Of a stretch of 35,124 nucleotides of DNA, positions 11,160 through 22,315 are shown in pieces; the first letter of the stretch is position 1, and each line of letters begins with the position of its first letter. The DNA lies in assembly GCF_000696425.1 (NCBI RefSeq), contig NW_007731670.1, positions 67,549-102,672 on the forward strand, read 5' to 3'. The stretch comes from Galeopterus variegatus. Its lineage: Eukaryota. Under the pieces are notes generated by a model. The model did not search any database and was not told where the DNA came from. It saw only the letters and a program-made list of their open reading frames with translations. Position numbers and translations under genes: made by a program.

Positions 11160-11625
11160 TCAGTGGGGTGCTGGCAGCTACATCTGTGGCTGTGCCTATG
11201 TGGGTGGGTGGGGGCTGTGTGAGCAGTTGGGGTGGCTGGGGCCACATGGGCAGCTGGGCAGGTGGGGGCTGTGTGGGTGGCTGGGTTAGGTGGGCCCATT
11301 TGTGCAGTTGGCTATGGTGGCTGGGACTGTGTGGGCAGCTGGGGCTGTGCATGCAGCTGGATGGCAGGGCCCATGGGGGTGGGTGGGGCCACATGGTTGG
11401 AGGGGTGTTGGGGCTGCATGGGCAGCGGGACAGCTGGGCCCAGGTGGGGTCGTGGGGCTACACTGGTGGCCGGGTGCTTGGCGTCACATTGGCAGCTGAA
11501 GCCACACGGGCAACTGGAAGGCTGGAGCCATGCCGGCCACTGGCACAGTGTGGGCAGTTGGGCTTGGCCGCATGGGCAATGTGGGCCATTTGGTGAGGTG
11601 CACTGTGCAGGAAGAACTCCTGTGT
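11160..11625 (+). repeat. GC-rich, G-plus-T-biased degenerate tandem array (period roughly 30-40 bp) abutting the L1 5' end
   Basis: Reiterated gggcagctggg / ggctgtgtggg / ggccacatggg motifs. They generate long artefactual ORFs on both strands (11168..11596, 11232..11741 and 11152..11394 minus). Confidence 0.7.
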
Positions 11626-11673
11626 GGGAGAAGGGCCATGGCTCTGGGACTAGACAGTGGAACAGGCAACCAA

Positions 11674-11967
11674 GACAGTGGTGGGGGAGAGCTGGGGCAG
11701 GAGCAGGAGGAGGGTTACCACTGGAATGTGCTCATGGCTGAGCAGGTTCTTTGCTTTGCAAAGGAGAATTCCTCCTGGTTAATCCTGGTGTGGGAGACAT
11801 GTGCCTCTTTTTCCTGCCAAGACAGTGGTGGGGGAGAGCTGGGGCAGGAGCAGGAGGAGGGTTACCACTGGAATGTGCTCATGGCTGAGCAGGTTCTTTC
11901 CTTTGCAAAGGAGAATTCCTCCTGGTTAATCCTGGTGTGGGAGACATGTGCCTCTTTTTCCTCTACA
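11674..11967 (+). repeat. Tandem duplication, 2 x 147 bp, in intron 3
   Basis: gacagtggtgggggagagctggggcaggagcaggaggagggttaccactggaatgtgctcatggctgagcaggttcttt...ggagacatgtgcctctttttcct appears twice at about 98% identity. ORF 11530..12153 translates both copies. Confidence 0.85.
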
Positions 11968-12268
11968 CCACCCTGCTTGGTTTTTGTGCTCCACATGGGC
12001 TTTATCAGGCTCCCACTGCCCTCCCATGCACTGCTACCGATGTTCTCCCCTGTACTTAGCTGTCTGTTCCTTGCTTTGGTCCCTTTCTGTGTGAGGGATC
12101 ATGCATTGGACACATCTAGTCCGCCATCTTGGGGCTTTATATTTTGTAGATGATATGGAGCTCTCAGGAAAGGTTTTATGCAGGCTGATTCATTAAGCGA
12201 GTTAGTTTAGGGCATGAAGCTATGTGAGAGGTGGCTGAGATACCAACCCTCTCCACCCTGTGCCCTAG

Positions 12269-12430
12269 GCATCTTTGTACACCAGGCAACAGCTTAACCT
12301 GCGAGATGTGGCCAATAAACTCTTGGCCATTGCGGCCTTCTTACCAGCCTGCCGCCCCCACCTGCGACGATATTTCTGTGCCATTGTCCAGCTGCCTTCT
12401 GATTGGATCCAGGTAGCCAGGTTCTACCAG
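12269..12430 (+). CDS. TEP1: TEP1 coding exon 4 (start of the TROVE-region exons)
   Basis: Acceptor ctgtgccctag|GCA. Encodes ASLYTRQQLNLRDVANKLLAIAAFLPACRPHLRRYFCAIVQLPSDWIQVARFYQ in 54 codons. Donor CAG|gtatgg. Confidence 0.85.
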
Positions 12431-12852
12431 GTATGGCACTCGCTTCCCTGACCTTTGGCCCTCACATGGTTTCCCTCGCTTGTGCTCACTGCATCCCTGG
12501 AGAAAATTCACAGAGTTTGGCCTGCCCTTAGTTTCCCTCAACCTTGGTACCCAGACGGGGCAGCTTCTCCCTGTACTATGCTGGGTTGCCCAACAGGGAG
12601 AATACGATTGAGAATGGGTGCACTGAAGTGTGAGAAAAATTGATCTTATTTTGGATCTCATGTTTATAATGAAGAAAATGAGAAGCAGAGAAGTCTGCTG
12701 ACTTGCCCAGCACCATGGAAGTTGTCATTCTAGAGCTGGAGCTGGGAACTTGCTCCCTATTCTGTTCCCTCCTCTGACCCCATGAATTGTCTTGATTTGT
12801 TGTGAGGGTTTGTTTGGGTCTTGCTTTTGATGGTCTGCTCTCCCTCTGACAG

Positions 12853-13014
12853 AGCCTGGCTGAAAGAGACGAGAAGAAGCTGGTGCCCCTGCCTGCCTGC
12901 CTCCGTGCTGCTATGACTGACAAATTTGCTCAGTTTGATGAGTACCAGCTGGCTAAGTACAATCCTCGGAAGCACCGGGCCAAGAGCCGTCCCCGCCGGG
13001 CCCCCCGCCTTCCA
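12853..13014 (+). CDS. TEP1: TEP1 coding exon 5 (3' boundary less certain)
   Basis: Acceptor ccctctgacag|AGC. Encodes SLAERDEKKLVPLPACLRAAMTDKFAQFDEYQLAKYNPRKHRAKSRPRRAPRLP. The best donor is CCA|gtcagt at 13015. The frame stays open downstream, so a longer exon is not excluded. Confidence 0.65.
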
Positions 13015-13299
13015 GTCAGTCTGTGCCTCAGCTCTTGTCATTCACAACTGAGGCCCCTTTTATCTCGGAAGTGGGGGACAAGGGAATATGCCGACCCTAA
13101 GGGGTCTTACACCCAGAACAGAAGGAGTCAGAGAAATCCAGAGGAGCTGGGTGGAGCTCAGGGGCAGAGACAGCAGAGCAGGCCTCTTTTCCAGCTGGCT
13201 TTCTTTTTGGTAGAGAAGGACCTTCGGGGCTATCAGAATGGGTCTCTGTAGGGACTACCTCCATTTCTCTTTCTGAAACTTCTTTTCCTTCCTCTACAG

Positions 13300-13371
13300 A
13301 AGACGAAGCATCCATTTTCTATGAAATATTTTCCAAGATGCTTTATTTCTCTTAAAGACACACAGATGAAG
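13300..13371 (+). CDS. TEP1: TEP1 coding exon 6 (small, 24 codons)
   Basis: Acceptor ttccttcctctacag|AAG. Encodes KTKHPFSMKYFPRCFISLKDTQMK. Donor AAG|gtgagt. Phase 0 to 0. Anchored on ORF 13321..13536. Confidence 0.65.
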
Positions 13372-13734
13372 GTGAGTCCCTGGAGTTGTGTATGTGCATG
13401 TAGTCTTTTAGTCTTTTCTGGACTAATATTTATTAACAATCCCATTAGGCTTAAAAATACTAATAGTGGGTGTGGTAGGTACATACCAATTTTCTGCCTG
13501 GGGATTCTCAGCTGTGATTATGGGGACAGGTTCTGAAAGCACCGGGAAAAGCTTTTTTTTCTTTTTTTTCCCCCATTTCACTCTCCTTGGTATTTTATAT
13601 TTCACTGACAAGTGACATGTCTGGTTGGATCAGTGAGTTAAAAACATTGTGAGATATCTACCTTCCATAGAAAGTTTTAAAAACAAACCAAGTAAAATCT
13701 TTTTTACATTTATGACAAATAAGGCATGTACTTA

Positions 13735-13865
13735 GCAGCTGGGAGCACAGAATCTGGATTCAGATCACCTGGGTTTGAGTCTCAGCTCCACCCCTTCCTG
13801 GCTATGAGACCATAGTCAAAGGTGTTAACCTCTCTTGCCTCACTTTTTCTCATATACAAAATGGA
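13735..13865 (+). mobile_element. MIR-like fragment, immediately 5' of the 13870 t-SINE
   Basis: gattcagatcacctgggtttgagtctcagctc...ggtgttaacctctcttgcctcactttttctcatatacaaaatggagata matches the MIR 5' and core regions. Confidence 0.5.
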
Positions 13866-13869
13866 GATA

Positions 13870-13948
13870 GGGTTGTCTGGTTAGCTTACTTGGTTAGAGT
13901 GTGGTGCTGATAACACCAAGGTCAAGGATTCGGATCCCCATGCTGGCC
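13870..13948 (+). mobile_element. tRNA-Ile-like t-SINE, tail-less copy
   Basis: GGTTGTCTGGTTAGCTTACTTGGTTAGAGTGTGGTGCTGATAACACCAAGGTCAAGGATTCGGATCCCCATGCTGGCCA. It has a cloverleaf-like layout with a GAT anticodon-loop sequence (CTGATAAC). Confidence 0.75.
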
Positions 13949-14648
13949 AAAAAGCAAAATGGGTATAGTAGCAGAACCTATGTTGTTGGGTTGTTGTGAA
14001 GATTATGTCAGTTACTGTATTTAAAGTATTTCTAACAATATCTGGCTCTAAATAAGTGTTAGCTATCACTACCATCATCATTATTAAAACAGATTATTAG
14101 GAAAACATATATTAGTATTACAAAAAGACACATTCTCAGTTGGTCAACTGGTCTTTTCTCTTCATCCTATTAATACAAGTACATCCTAAATTTAGCTCTT
14201 CTACCATAGAAGATTTTGAAAGCCACCTTCTTTCAGTGTTTTAACTCCTTACAACTCGCATTGGGCTGATGCCTCTATTTACCTGTTAGAGTCTTAGTGA
14301 TTTAAATAAGACCTGCTTTCCCTTTCCTGGCCTTTAAGAACAAGAATGTTCTCTGTTCATTCTCTCCCCATTTTGTTTTTCACTAGCCAATCACCCCATG
14401 ATAACCACTGATAATTCAATCTTGTGTGAATGAAACATAGTAACCGTGAAGAGCTGCTATCTTATGCTCGTCCTGGGAGCTCTTGTTGCTGGAGATTTTT
14501 ACCCTCTATTCCTAGTCTTTGCCCAATTCTATTTTGGAGAAAGAAAGTACCTCATGTGTATAAGACGGTCTTAGGCTCTGTTTTCTAAAGAAAACATCGA
14601 CGGTCATAGATGAAATGATTTCTGTGGGACTTGGGGATGTCTCCACAG

Positions 14649-14773
14649 TTTGAGGCATCCTACAATGACGTGCCAAAGAAAAAGCATCAGTCAATGTTCA
14701 CTCTGAAGAAATTGGTACAGCGACTGCATATCCGGGAGCCTGCTCAGCACGTCCAAGCACTCCTGGGCTATAA
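14649..14773 (+). CDS. TEP1: TEP1 coding exon 7
   Basis: Acceptor atgtctccacag|TTT. Encodes FEASYNDVPKKKHQSMFTLKKLVQRLHIREPAQHVQALLGY plus AA. Donor AA|gtgaga, ending in phase 2. Confidence 0.8.
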
Positions 14774-14991
14774 GTGAGAAGCTATACCCTGAGCATACAT
14801 TTCCATCTAGGTAACCCTGTGACTTTCCAATATCCATGGCCCAAATCCTGGTAGTTCTCATTCCCAGCAATATGAGTTTGGGCAGACATGGCCAACAAAC
14901 ATAACAGACTGTCTTTATCCAACTCACCATTCCTTTTCCAAGTTATTTTCTGCTAGCTTTGGAATGATAGGCTCTTTCTCCTCTGTCCCAG

Positions 14992-15149
14992 ATACCCCTC
15001 CAACCTACAGCTCTTTTCTCGAAGTCGCCTCCCTGGGCCATGGGATCCTAGCAAAGCTGGGAAGCGGATGAAGCTCTCTAGGCCAGAGACCTGGGAGCGG
15101 GAGCTGAGCCTGCGGGGAAACAAAGCTGCCGTCTGGGAAGAACTCATCG
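14992..15149 (+). CDS. TEP1: TEP1 coding exon 8
   Basis: Acceptor ctcctctgtcccag|A. Encodes (K)YPSNLQLFSRSRLPGPWDPSKAGKRMKLSRPETWERELSLRGNKAAVWEELI plus G. Donor G|gtagag, ending in phase 1. Confidence 0.8.
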
Positions 15150-16289
15150 GTAGAGTGACCTTGATCATCACACTCCTTTCCTCTCTTCCCCATTCAAGCC
15201 TCTACATTTTAAACCCTGACTAGAAAATTTCCATGGCGTGATGCAATTGTTGTCTTGCCTAGTAGTTGCATGGACAGTGGTGTCCACTTTGAGTAGAGCT
15301 GGCATCATAGACAGATCATTATTCCAGATGTCGTTAGGTCATACACAAGTCTTTATCAACCTGTGTTAAAAGTGGTACCTTCTCTCTGATTACTTTTGTA
15401 TCGATATCATTCCAAACAAGGTAGGACTGGCACATGGCATGCTGGAATCTCTACGGAAACTGATATTTAGTATATGGAAGTTTTGCCCACACTGATAAAG
15501 AGAAAAAAATTCAAACTGGGAAAGACCAAGTTACCTTCAGTCTTCTCTTTTTCTGTTTTTTTGTTAGTTTATTTTTAACTATAGAAGGCTCTTTCTATTT
15601 TCACATATATGTACCTTATTTCTATTATGTTTCCTTTTGCTTCCTCTTTCATTGTTGAAAATTTAAAGTCAATTTATTTCTGTTAAAAGACATCTAACTT
15701 TAGACCTTTTGACTTTTGTAGACCTCACATTTTGGAGCTTCAGAAGCCCAAATTGTCTTTTACTTTATTTCTCTGTGCATTGCCCATTATAGATTGTACT
15801 CAGGGCAGCCTGAGTTGCTCAGCTGCTCATCACTCTTCTCACTTTGTTGTTGTCACTGGTGATGTATATATCAGAATTGTCTGGGAATTAAAACACATGC
15901 ACACCCTGCTTGACAACCTCTTCCCCAACAGTTGAAACAACTTGGGGTGGAGCGAAATGAAGGGGCCTGGATGGCAGCCAGCATATGTAGATAATTTTAT
16001 ATGCACCATCTCCACTTCCTCCCTGTGGTCAAGAACCACTATCCCTGAAAACTTGAACTGTCATTTATCTTGGTTGAGGCAAATGCCCATAGTCTCATCC
16101 AATGGTCTCTTGAGATTTATGATCATATACTGCAAAAACAATTTTTGGAATATCCAGAATACATGTGTCTGTATTTTTAAAAATTGTGTACGTGTCTTCA
16201 TATAAAGAAGGGGTCTTCAAAAAGTTCATGGAAGGAATCATATTATCTTTGCATTCTATTTTTCCGTGAACTTTTTGAAGTACCCTCAT

Positions 16290-16420
16290 TTTATGCACTT
16301 TAGGAAATGTGTAAAATATAAATATATAAATGTAGATATAAAATAAATATAAATAAAAGAAAATATAAAAATACATAGATATAAGTGTAAAATATATAAC
16401 ATATAAGATAAAATGTAATT
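16290..16420 (+). repeat. AT-rich low-complexity / cryptic simple repeat (ATAAA / TATAA-like units)
   Basis: aaatataaatatataaatgtagatataaaataaatataaataaaagaaaatataaaaatacatagatataagtgtaaaatatataacatataagataaaatg. Confidence 0.7.
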
Positions 16421-17863
16421 AGGCATACAGACCCCTTTTGGAGACCATAGATCTCTTTAACTACTCATTAACAATTTTTTGGAGTGAAATTAGTGAATTT
16501 CTCAATCTGAAGGACAGATGTCCAGTTTATTTTCTAGTATCACAAATATATTGGATTTAACTTCTTATAATAAATGATTTAGGAAACCTTTTATACATAA
16601 TAATAGTTAAAAACTTGAGTTGACAATAGATGTGATAGTTCATCAGTTACCAAACATCACTTACAGTATGTATACAACCCAATTGTTCCGTACAGTTTGT
16701 GAATCAGAATAATGACTGGAGAAGCCCAGAACTTCCAGAAGGCTGAAAGCTTCTAGCTATAATTCAAATGAGACTTAGATCACCTTTATAAAGGTACCAC
16801 TACTTTCCGGATGGAAGCTGCTTAGAGTGAGGCTGGGGACTGATAGGCCTGTCCTCTAAAGTGGTCTGAATGCATCTCTGGGGGTTCCCAAGAAAAAAAA
16901 GTATCGTATTTCCAGTTTACGTTTACTTTAATCTTAAAGGAAAGAAAGTTCCCAATATTTATCATGCAGATCAAACCCATATAGCTGCTGAGTTTATATG
17001 TTATAGTGTTGTGTGTTTCATATGATAGTTGAGGTTCCACAGTCCCAGGGCATTGATGGTTCCCCTTCACTCTTTTTGGTTTCTGCATAATGTGACTTAC
17101 GACAACTTATCTTGGAATTGTAGATGGATTTAGTTACATTATTTAGTATTAGGTCAGTTTTAGAGGGTTAGTTTGGCTAAGCCTTAAAAAGAGTATTATG
17201 AAAAAACTATGGCTTGAAGATGGTACTAATATCACAGGGACAAATCATCAATTAGAAAGTGACAGGTGAAATTATACTTTTAGTGTACGTCTTTTTCACC
17301 TATATTTAAGCAAAAAAAAAAAATGACTATGTAATCAGATCTTATAAGAAGTTGGCCAAAAAACTCAAAAATTATGAAGACTACTTGAGATATAGATGTA
17401 CATTCATTATTATAAATGGTGAGCCTTACCTTAAGTGTATATTGTACCTTCCAATGTTAACTAGTGAATGTACTACGTGTATATAATGTATAAAGTTACA
17501 CTAGGAAATTTCTCTTTTAGTAATTTTAAAAGTTTGGAAACCGTTGGCTCTTGATTAGAGAATACATTTTGTTGGTTGAATGCAATCTCAGAACTAGAGC
17601 CAACAGATAAAGTGGTAACATAAGATGTTTATTGAAGCAGCCATCCCATAAAAAGTGTTGTATAAATTTTGCTCCAAACATCAGGCCAATACTGTTTTAT
17701 CTTTCCAGACCTATAAGACATTTTGAGTAGAATAGATTGTGGGTTAATTCTTTATTCCCTCCATCTTGAACTTTTTACATGGCCTCCAAACTTCGTGCTC
17801 TTGTCTCTGACCTCTTTCTCATCTCCCATTTGCTTTTCTCACCCCATGCCCCACCTTCCGCAG

Positions 17864-17973
17864 ACAATGAGAAGCTACCCTTTATGGCAATGCTTCGGAA
17901 CCTGTGCAACCTGCTGCGGGTTGGAATCAGCACCCACCACCACGAGCTTGTTCTCCAGAGACTCCAGCATGCG
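17864..17973 (+). CDS. TEP1: TEP1 coding exon 9
   Basis: Acceptor ccccaccttccgcag|AC. Encodes DNEKLPFMAMLRNLCNLLRVGISTHHHELVLQRLQHA. Donor GCG|gtacgt. Anchored on ORF 17779..17994. Confidence 0.88.
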
Positions 17974-18505
17974 GTACGTGTGAAGGGCAGGTAGTTGTGT
18001 GGCCCAGCAAGTAGACATGGCTGTGGAGCTGCTGCTGTTTTGGAAGCCAGGCATTTTCAGGTGGCTAAGGAAGGTCATGGCTACCAAGCTATTTCTGTGG
18101 GCTATAAATAGGTATGGAAATACAGGTTGGGGGAGACAGGTCTGGGGGTTCAATCCTTTGGGAAATTACAGGAGAGTATAAGAACTTTCGATTTTCTGAA
18201 CTTAGTGACTTACCAGGAAGAAGCACTTCTGTAATTTAAATAACTTCAGAAGGAGTCTGGTATAAAAGACACAGAGTCCCTTCTGTTACTTCCTCTTCTT
18301 TCTTCTTTATCTCTTCTCATCTTCTAAAATGATGTCCTTCTTTTTTCTTTCTTCTCTCCCTTTCTCTATCTCTAAATCCATTTTGCCCTTTCTTATCCTC
18401 CCACAAAGCTAATAGAGTGGTTGCCTCATCGTCCTGGTTCCTGAGGCCCCTGAAGTCCCCCATACTCCCTGATCCTCTGTTTATGTCCTCTCTCTTGCTT
18501 TCCAG

Positions 18506-18596
18506 AAGTCGGTGATCCACAGTCGGCAGTTCCCATTCAGATTCCTTAATGCACATGATTCCATCAATTACCTTGAGGTTCAACTCAGAAATAAAG
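18506..18596 (+). CDS. TEP1: TEP1 coding exon 10
   Basis: Acceptor tctcttgctttccag|AAG. Encodes KSVIHSRQFPFRFLNAHDSINYLEVQLRNK plus G. Donor G|gtatta, ending in phase 1. Confidence 0.85.
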
Positions 18597-18818
18597 GTAT
18601 TACCTCCCTTCTTCCAACACGTTTGCCTCTTGTATCTGAGAATAAATGAGACAACAGCACTGATATTTTCAGCCTCTTGTTTTGTAGTCTCAGCGTATTG
18701 GGTGGGCAGAGGTTAGACACTTGCCAGCCCCAAGAGTTCAGCTCAGGACCAATTAGTGATAGAGCAAGATGAGAAAATAGAAGCTGCCTGACTCAGATAT
18801 TTACCTGTAACCACACAG

Positions 18819-18990
18819 CATTGCCCTTTCCTTCCAATACAAAACTGATGAGGTCGATAATGATCAGAAACTCAAGAAATGGCAGGAGTTGTGCCCTCAA
18901 CAGCAGTCGTCGTGAGCTTCGGGCAGCAATGATGGTACCTGTGTTGTATGAGCAGCTCAAGCGGGAGAAGCTGAAAATACACAAGGCCAG
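18819..18990 (+). CDS. TEP1: TEP1 coding exon 11
   Basis: Acceptor ccacacag|CA. Encodes ALPFPSNTKLMRSIMIRNSRNGRSCALNSSRRELRAAMMVPVLYEQLKREKLKIHKA plus AG. Donor AG|gtgtgt. Anchored on ORF 18821..19054. Confidence 0.85.
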
Positions 18991-19141
18991 GTGTGTCTTT
19001 GCCATCTGGGAGCCATGGGTGGGCAATGGGAGGCACCCCAACAGGGTTTGGTAGTCATCTGGGAATCCCAACTGTTTTTCTGTAAGGACATGCTTATCGC
19101 TGTCCCAAAGGCTCAGACTTGCCTGGTTCCAGTAGTCTCTC

Positions 19142-19238
19142 TTTTTTTTTTTTTGGCGGCTGGCCAGCACAGGGATCGAACCCTGGACATTGATGTTATC
19201 AGCACCACACTTAACCAACTGTGCTAACTGGCCAGCCC
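19142..19238 (-). mobile_element. tRNA-Ile-like t-SINE with a short poly-A tail
   Basis: The minus strand reads GGAGGGCTGGCCAGTTAGCACAGTTGGTTAAGTGTGGTGCTGATAACATCAATGTCCAGGGTTCGATCCCTGTGCTGGCCAGCCGCC(A)13. Confidence 0.75.
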
Positions 19239-21498
19239 TCCAATATGTCTCTTGCACAGCAAACCTTGTCTTTACCATTGTCCTATAGGAAGATCATGAA
19301 ATAAAACCTGTGCCTGGACTTCCACTCTATTACTTGTGATTGTTTTATTGGTTTCTGTGGAAGCTGTGAGTCTGTGTAGCATCTCCCTTTCTCTTTGTGC
19401 ATGCTTGTGTCCTCTCTGCTTCAGCTTTGGTTTGTGGTTTTCTTTTCTCTTCTCTGTGACATCTGTTTGTTATTCTTTTTGTTTTTTTCTTTCTGTATTT
19501 TTTGACCCACTCACCTTCTTTCTTCTTTTGACATACACATAAAGATAGTTGTCATCAGGCAGGCTCAAAGACAGACATACAACTTGTTCTATAGGCTTGA
19601 TGAAGTCCCGATTCTCTGTCCTTTTAAGTGCTTCTACAGTATCTTACATTCATTTTTACTAAAGGCAAATGCAGGACTCATGTAACTTTCTGGTAGGGCT
19701 TGGTGACCAGGAGCCTCCTGAGTCAGTGGCTGAACACAGACCCATTTATGAATCAAGCCCAGGGTGCCAGTTCAAACAGAATGCCTGTACTGACCAGTAT
19801 GGTAGCCACTAGCCACATGTGGCCATTTCGCACTTGAAATGTGGCTAGTCTAAGTTGAGACTTGCTGGGTTTTGAAGAACATCTGAGAAAAGAATGTAAA
19901 ATATCTCATTCCTAATTTCTGTATTAATTACATGTTGACTTTAAAATATTTTTATGTATATTAGGTTAATAAAATGTAATATTAAATTAATTTCACCTGG
20001 TTCTTTTTACTTTTTAAAATGTGGCTACTAGAAATTTTTAAATTATGTATGTAATTTAAATTAAATTAAATTAATTGTATATAATTTTATAAGACAGCAT
20101 TGGTAAAACTACTGAATTCTCTAGACTTAAAAAACTATTATGAAAAAATTTAAATATGTACACAAGTAATGAGAATAGGATAATAGACTCCCATAAAACT
20201 GTTAGCCCAATTAAATATCTAGATTTTATCACGTTTTTCCTGTACTGATCCCTTTTGTTTTCTTTTGAAGATGTTTTTTAAACAATTGCCAAATAATATG
20301 TTACATTTTATTTCCATATTTCATGTGTGTCTCTTAAAAAAATGGATACTTTCTTATGTAATTAGAATGTCATTAACATACCTACAAAACTGAAAATAAT
20401 TCCTTGGTATTATCATCTATTACCTAGTCCATATTCAAATTTTAACTGTCTAAAAAATATCATTTCGCAGTTTTATTCAAATCAGGATTTAAACAAGGCA
20501 TATCCATTGCATATGGTTATTAAGTCTCTTAAATCTCTTTCAATCTCGTAATAGTTTTAATGCCATTGATTTGCTTTGGAAACCATGTTCAGGGGCCCCA
20601 CAGAGTGTCCCACATCCTGGACTTGTCTGCTTCCTCATGGTGTCATCTACCTTGTTTTTCTACTTCATGTACCCTAGGCATTAACTTTAAAGGCTTGAAT
20701 AGATTCAGATTTACCTTTTTTTTTTTTTTTCCCAAAAATTTCATAGGTGATCCTGTGTACACTGTTTGAATGGGACCACCAGACTTTTTGTGCCTTCTGA
20801 TAGATTACAACATCAGGAGGGACAAAAGTCTGACTCCCACTCATAGTGATGCTAGGATTGAATAGTGCTTTTAGGTGGTGATAGCCTAATCTCTCTATTA
20901 TAGTTAATGACTCATACATGGATGAACTTTGCCTCAACTAATTGTTTCACTGGTGTTTGCAGAATGGGGGTTTTCCATAATTCCTCCATATTTATTAGCT
21001 GGGATTCTAACAGGAGCCTTCCTCATCAAATAGACCTAATTACCCTGAAATAGAGATTGTATAGGAAAGGAGTAATGAAAGTTCAATTCTTTCTCCTGTA
21101 ATTGTCAAGTTTTCAGAGTAAGGAGTTAGTATTTGTTCTTTAAAATACGATTGAAAAACATATAGCAGTTAAATCTTGCGTCATGAAGTAAGTATGGATG
21201 AATGTGATGAGTATGGCAAGTGATTTCAGAGAGTGGGCCTACAGGTGATTTCCCCTCTCTTGCCATGAGAATGGATTGGAAGAGTCCTGTAGAATGGGGC
21301 AAGGGGAAACTCCATCCAGTCTTTTATATTACAGTGGAGGCAGGCTGTAGAAGGGTGGGCTGTAGAAGGGAGTGGCAGTGTTTGAGGAGGGAGGGAGGGG
21401 ACTCAATACTTGAATGGCAAGCTCTCATCTTCTCATCTACCTCAAAGTAATGGGCAGATAAGTCCCTGAGCCCGTGTCTGTGTCTTTTTTGCATGCAG

Positions 21499-21667
21499 AC
21501 AATGGCAGTATGATGGTGAGATGCTGGACCAGTATCGACAGGCCCTGGAGACAGCTGTGAACCTCTCTGTGAAGCACAGCCTGCCCCCACTGCCGGGCCG
21601 CACCCTCTTGGCCTATCTGACAGATACAAATGCAGACAAGCTCTGTCCCAAGAGCAACTCACAAGGG
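21499..21667 (+). CDS. TEP1: TEP1 coding exon 12
   Basis: Acceptor ctgtgtcttttttgcatgcag|A. Encodes (R)QWQYDGEMLDQYRQALETAVNLSVKHSLPPLPGRTLLAYLTDTNADKLCPKSNSQG. Donor GGG|gtaaaa, followed directly by an A17 run. Confidence 0.88.
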
Positions 21668-21668
21668 G

Positions 21669-21686
21669 TAAAAAAAAAAAAAAAAA
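21669..21686 (+). repeat. A17 homopolymer starting at position +3 of intron 12
   Basis: gg|gtaaaaaaaaaaaaaaaaagcatcc. Confidence 0.8.
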
Positions 21687-21908
21687 GCATCCTCTGAGGG
21701 GTTGGTGAGATGCTAGGGATCCAGAGAGTTATCCTGTTCCCAGACCTGGTTCTTCCAGGCAAGCACTCAGACTGAAACAAATGATATGAATTTGCTTCCA
21801 AATATCAGTATTTGGCGCTCAATCCTGTTTATGGATTATAATAATAACATTTCACATTGGGCTGGTACTTAATACTCTAAATTTCCATCACCAAAATATG
21901 TCTCACTT

Positions 21909-22137
21909 TGGGCCGGCCCGGTGGCACACTGCTACAGTGCACCGCTTGGGAAGCGCGGCAGCGCTCCCTCCGAGGGTTTGGATCCCACATACAGACCAGT
22001 TCCCGCTCACTGGCTGAGCGAGGCGCGGGAGCAACACCGAGGGTTGCGATCCCGTTGCTGGTCCCGGTCCGGTCCGGGCACGACACTGAGGGTTGCGATC
22101 CGTTGCCGGACACAAAAAAAGACAAAAAGGAAAAAAA
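21909..22137 (+). mobile_element. Family-A SINE copy 1 (within a tandemly duplicated 406-bp block)
   Basis: GGGCCGGCCCGGTGGCACACTGCTACAGTGCACCGCTTGGGAAGCGCGGCAGCGCTCCC...GAGGGTTGCGATCCGTTGCCGGACAC followed by an A-rich tail. It is tRNA-like at the 5' end and retains many CpGs. Confidence 0.8.
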
Positions 22138-22315
22138 TCCTGTTCCCAGACCTGGTTCTTCCAGGCAAGCACTCAGACTGAAACAAATGATATGAATTTG
22201 CTTCCAAATATCAGTATTTGGCGCTCAATCCTGTTTATGGATTATAATAATAACATTTCACATTGGGCTGGTACTTAATACTCTAAATTTCCATCACCAA
22301 AATATGTCTCACTTT

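Larger units (their letters stand above)
5403..11160 (-). mobile_element. Nearly full-length LINE-1 element in antisense orientation within TEP1 intron 3 (both termini approximate)
   Basis: Minus-strand ORFs carry an L1 ORF2 RT domain (7615..8460: ...[11 protein letters not shown]...[44 protein letters not shown]...). ORF2 C-terminal segments lie at 6090..6380 and 6928..7176. An ORF1-like C-terminus lies at 9838..10026. The 3' end is an AATAAA-rich sequence near 5403 (ttatttatttat on the + strand). Confidence 0.85.

Noticed and set aside
11160-11741. Several 70 to 170-aa ORFs rich in G, W and A (11168..11596, 11232..11741, 11290..11499) and the histidine, proline and threonine-rich minus ORFs (11105..11394)
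   Set aside because: They are low-complexity translations of a GC-rich degenerate tandem array. Amino-acid composition is extremely biased and ORFs are open in several frames at once, which is typical of repeats.
18793-19278. 161-aa minus-strand ORF
   Set aside because: It is a chimeric read-through of the antisense of TEP1 exon 11, intron sequence and a t-SINE (..AGQLAQLVKCGADNINVQGSIPVLASRQKKKKR.. is the SINE).
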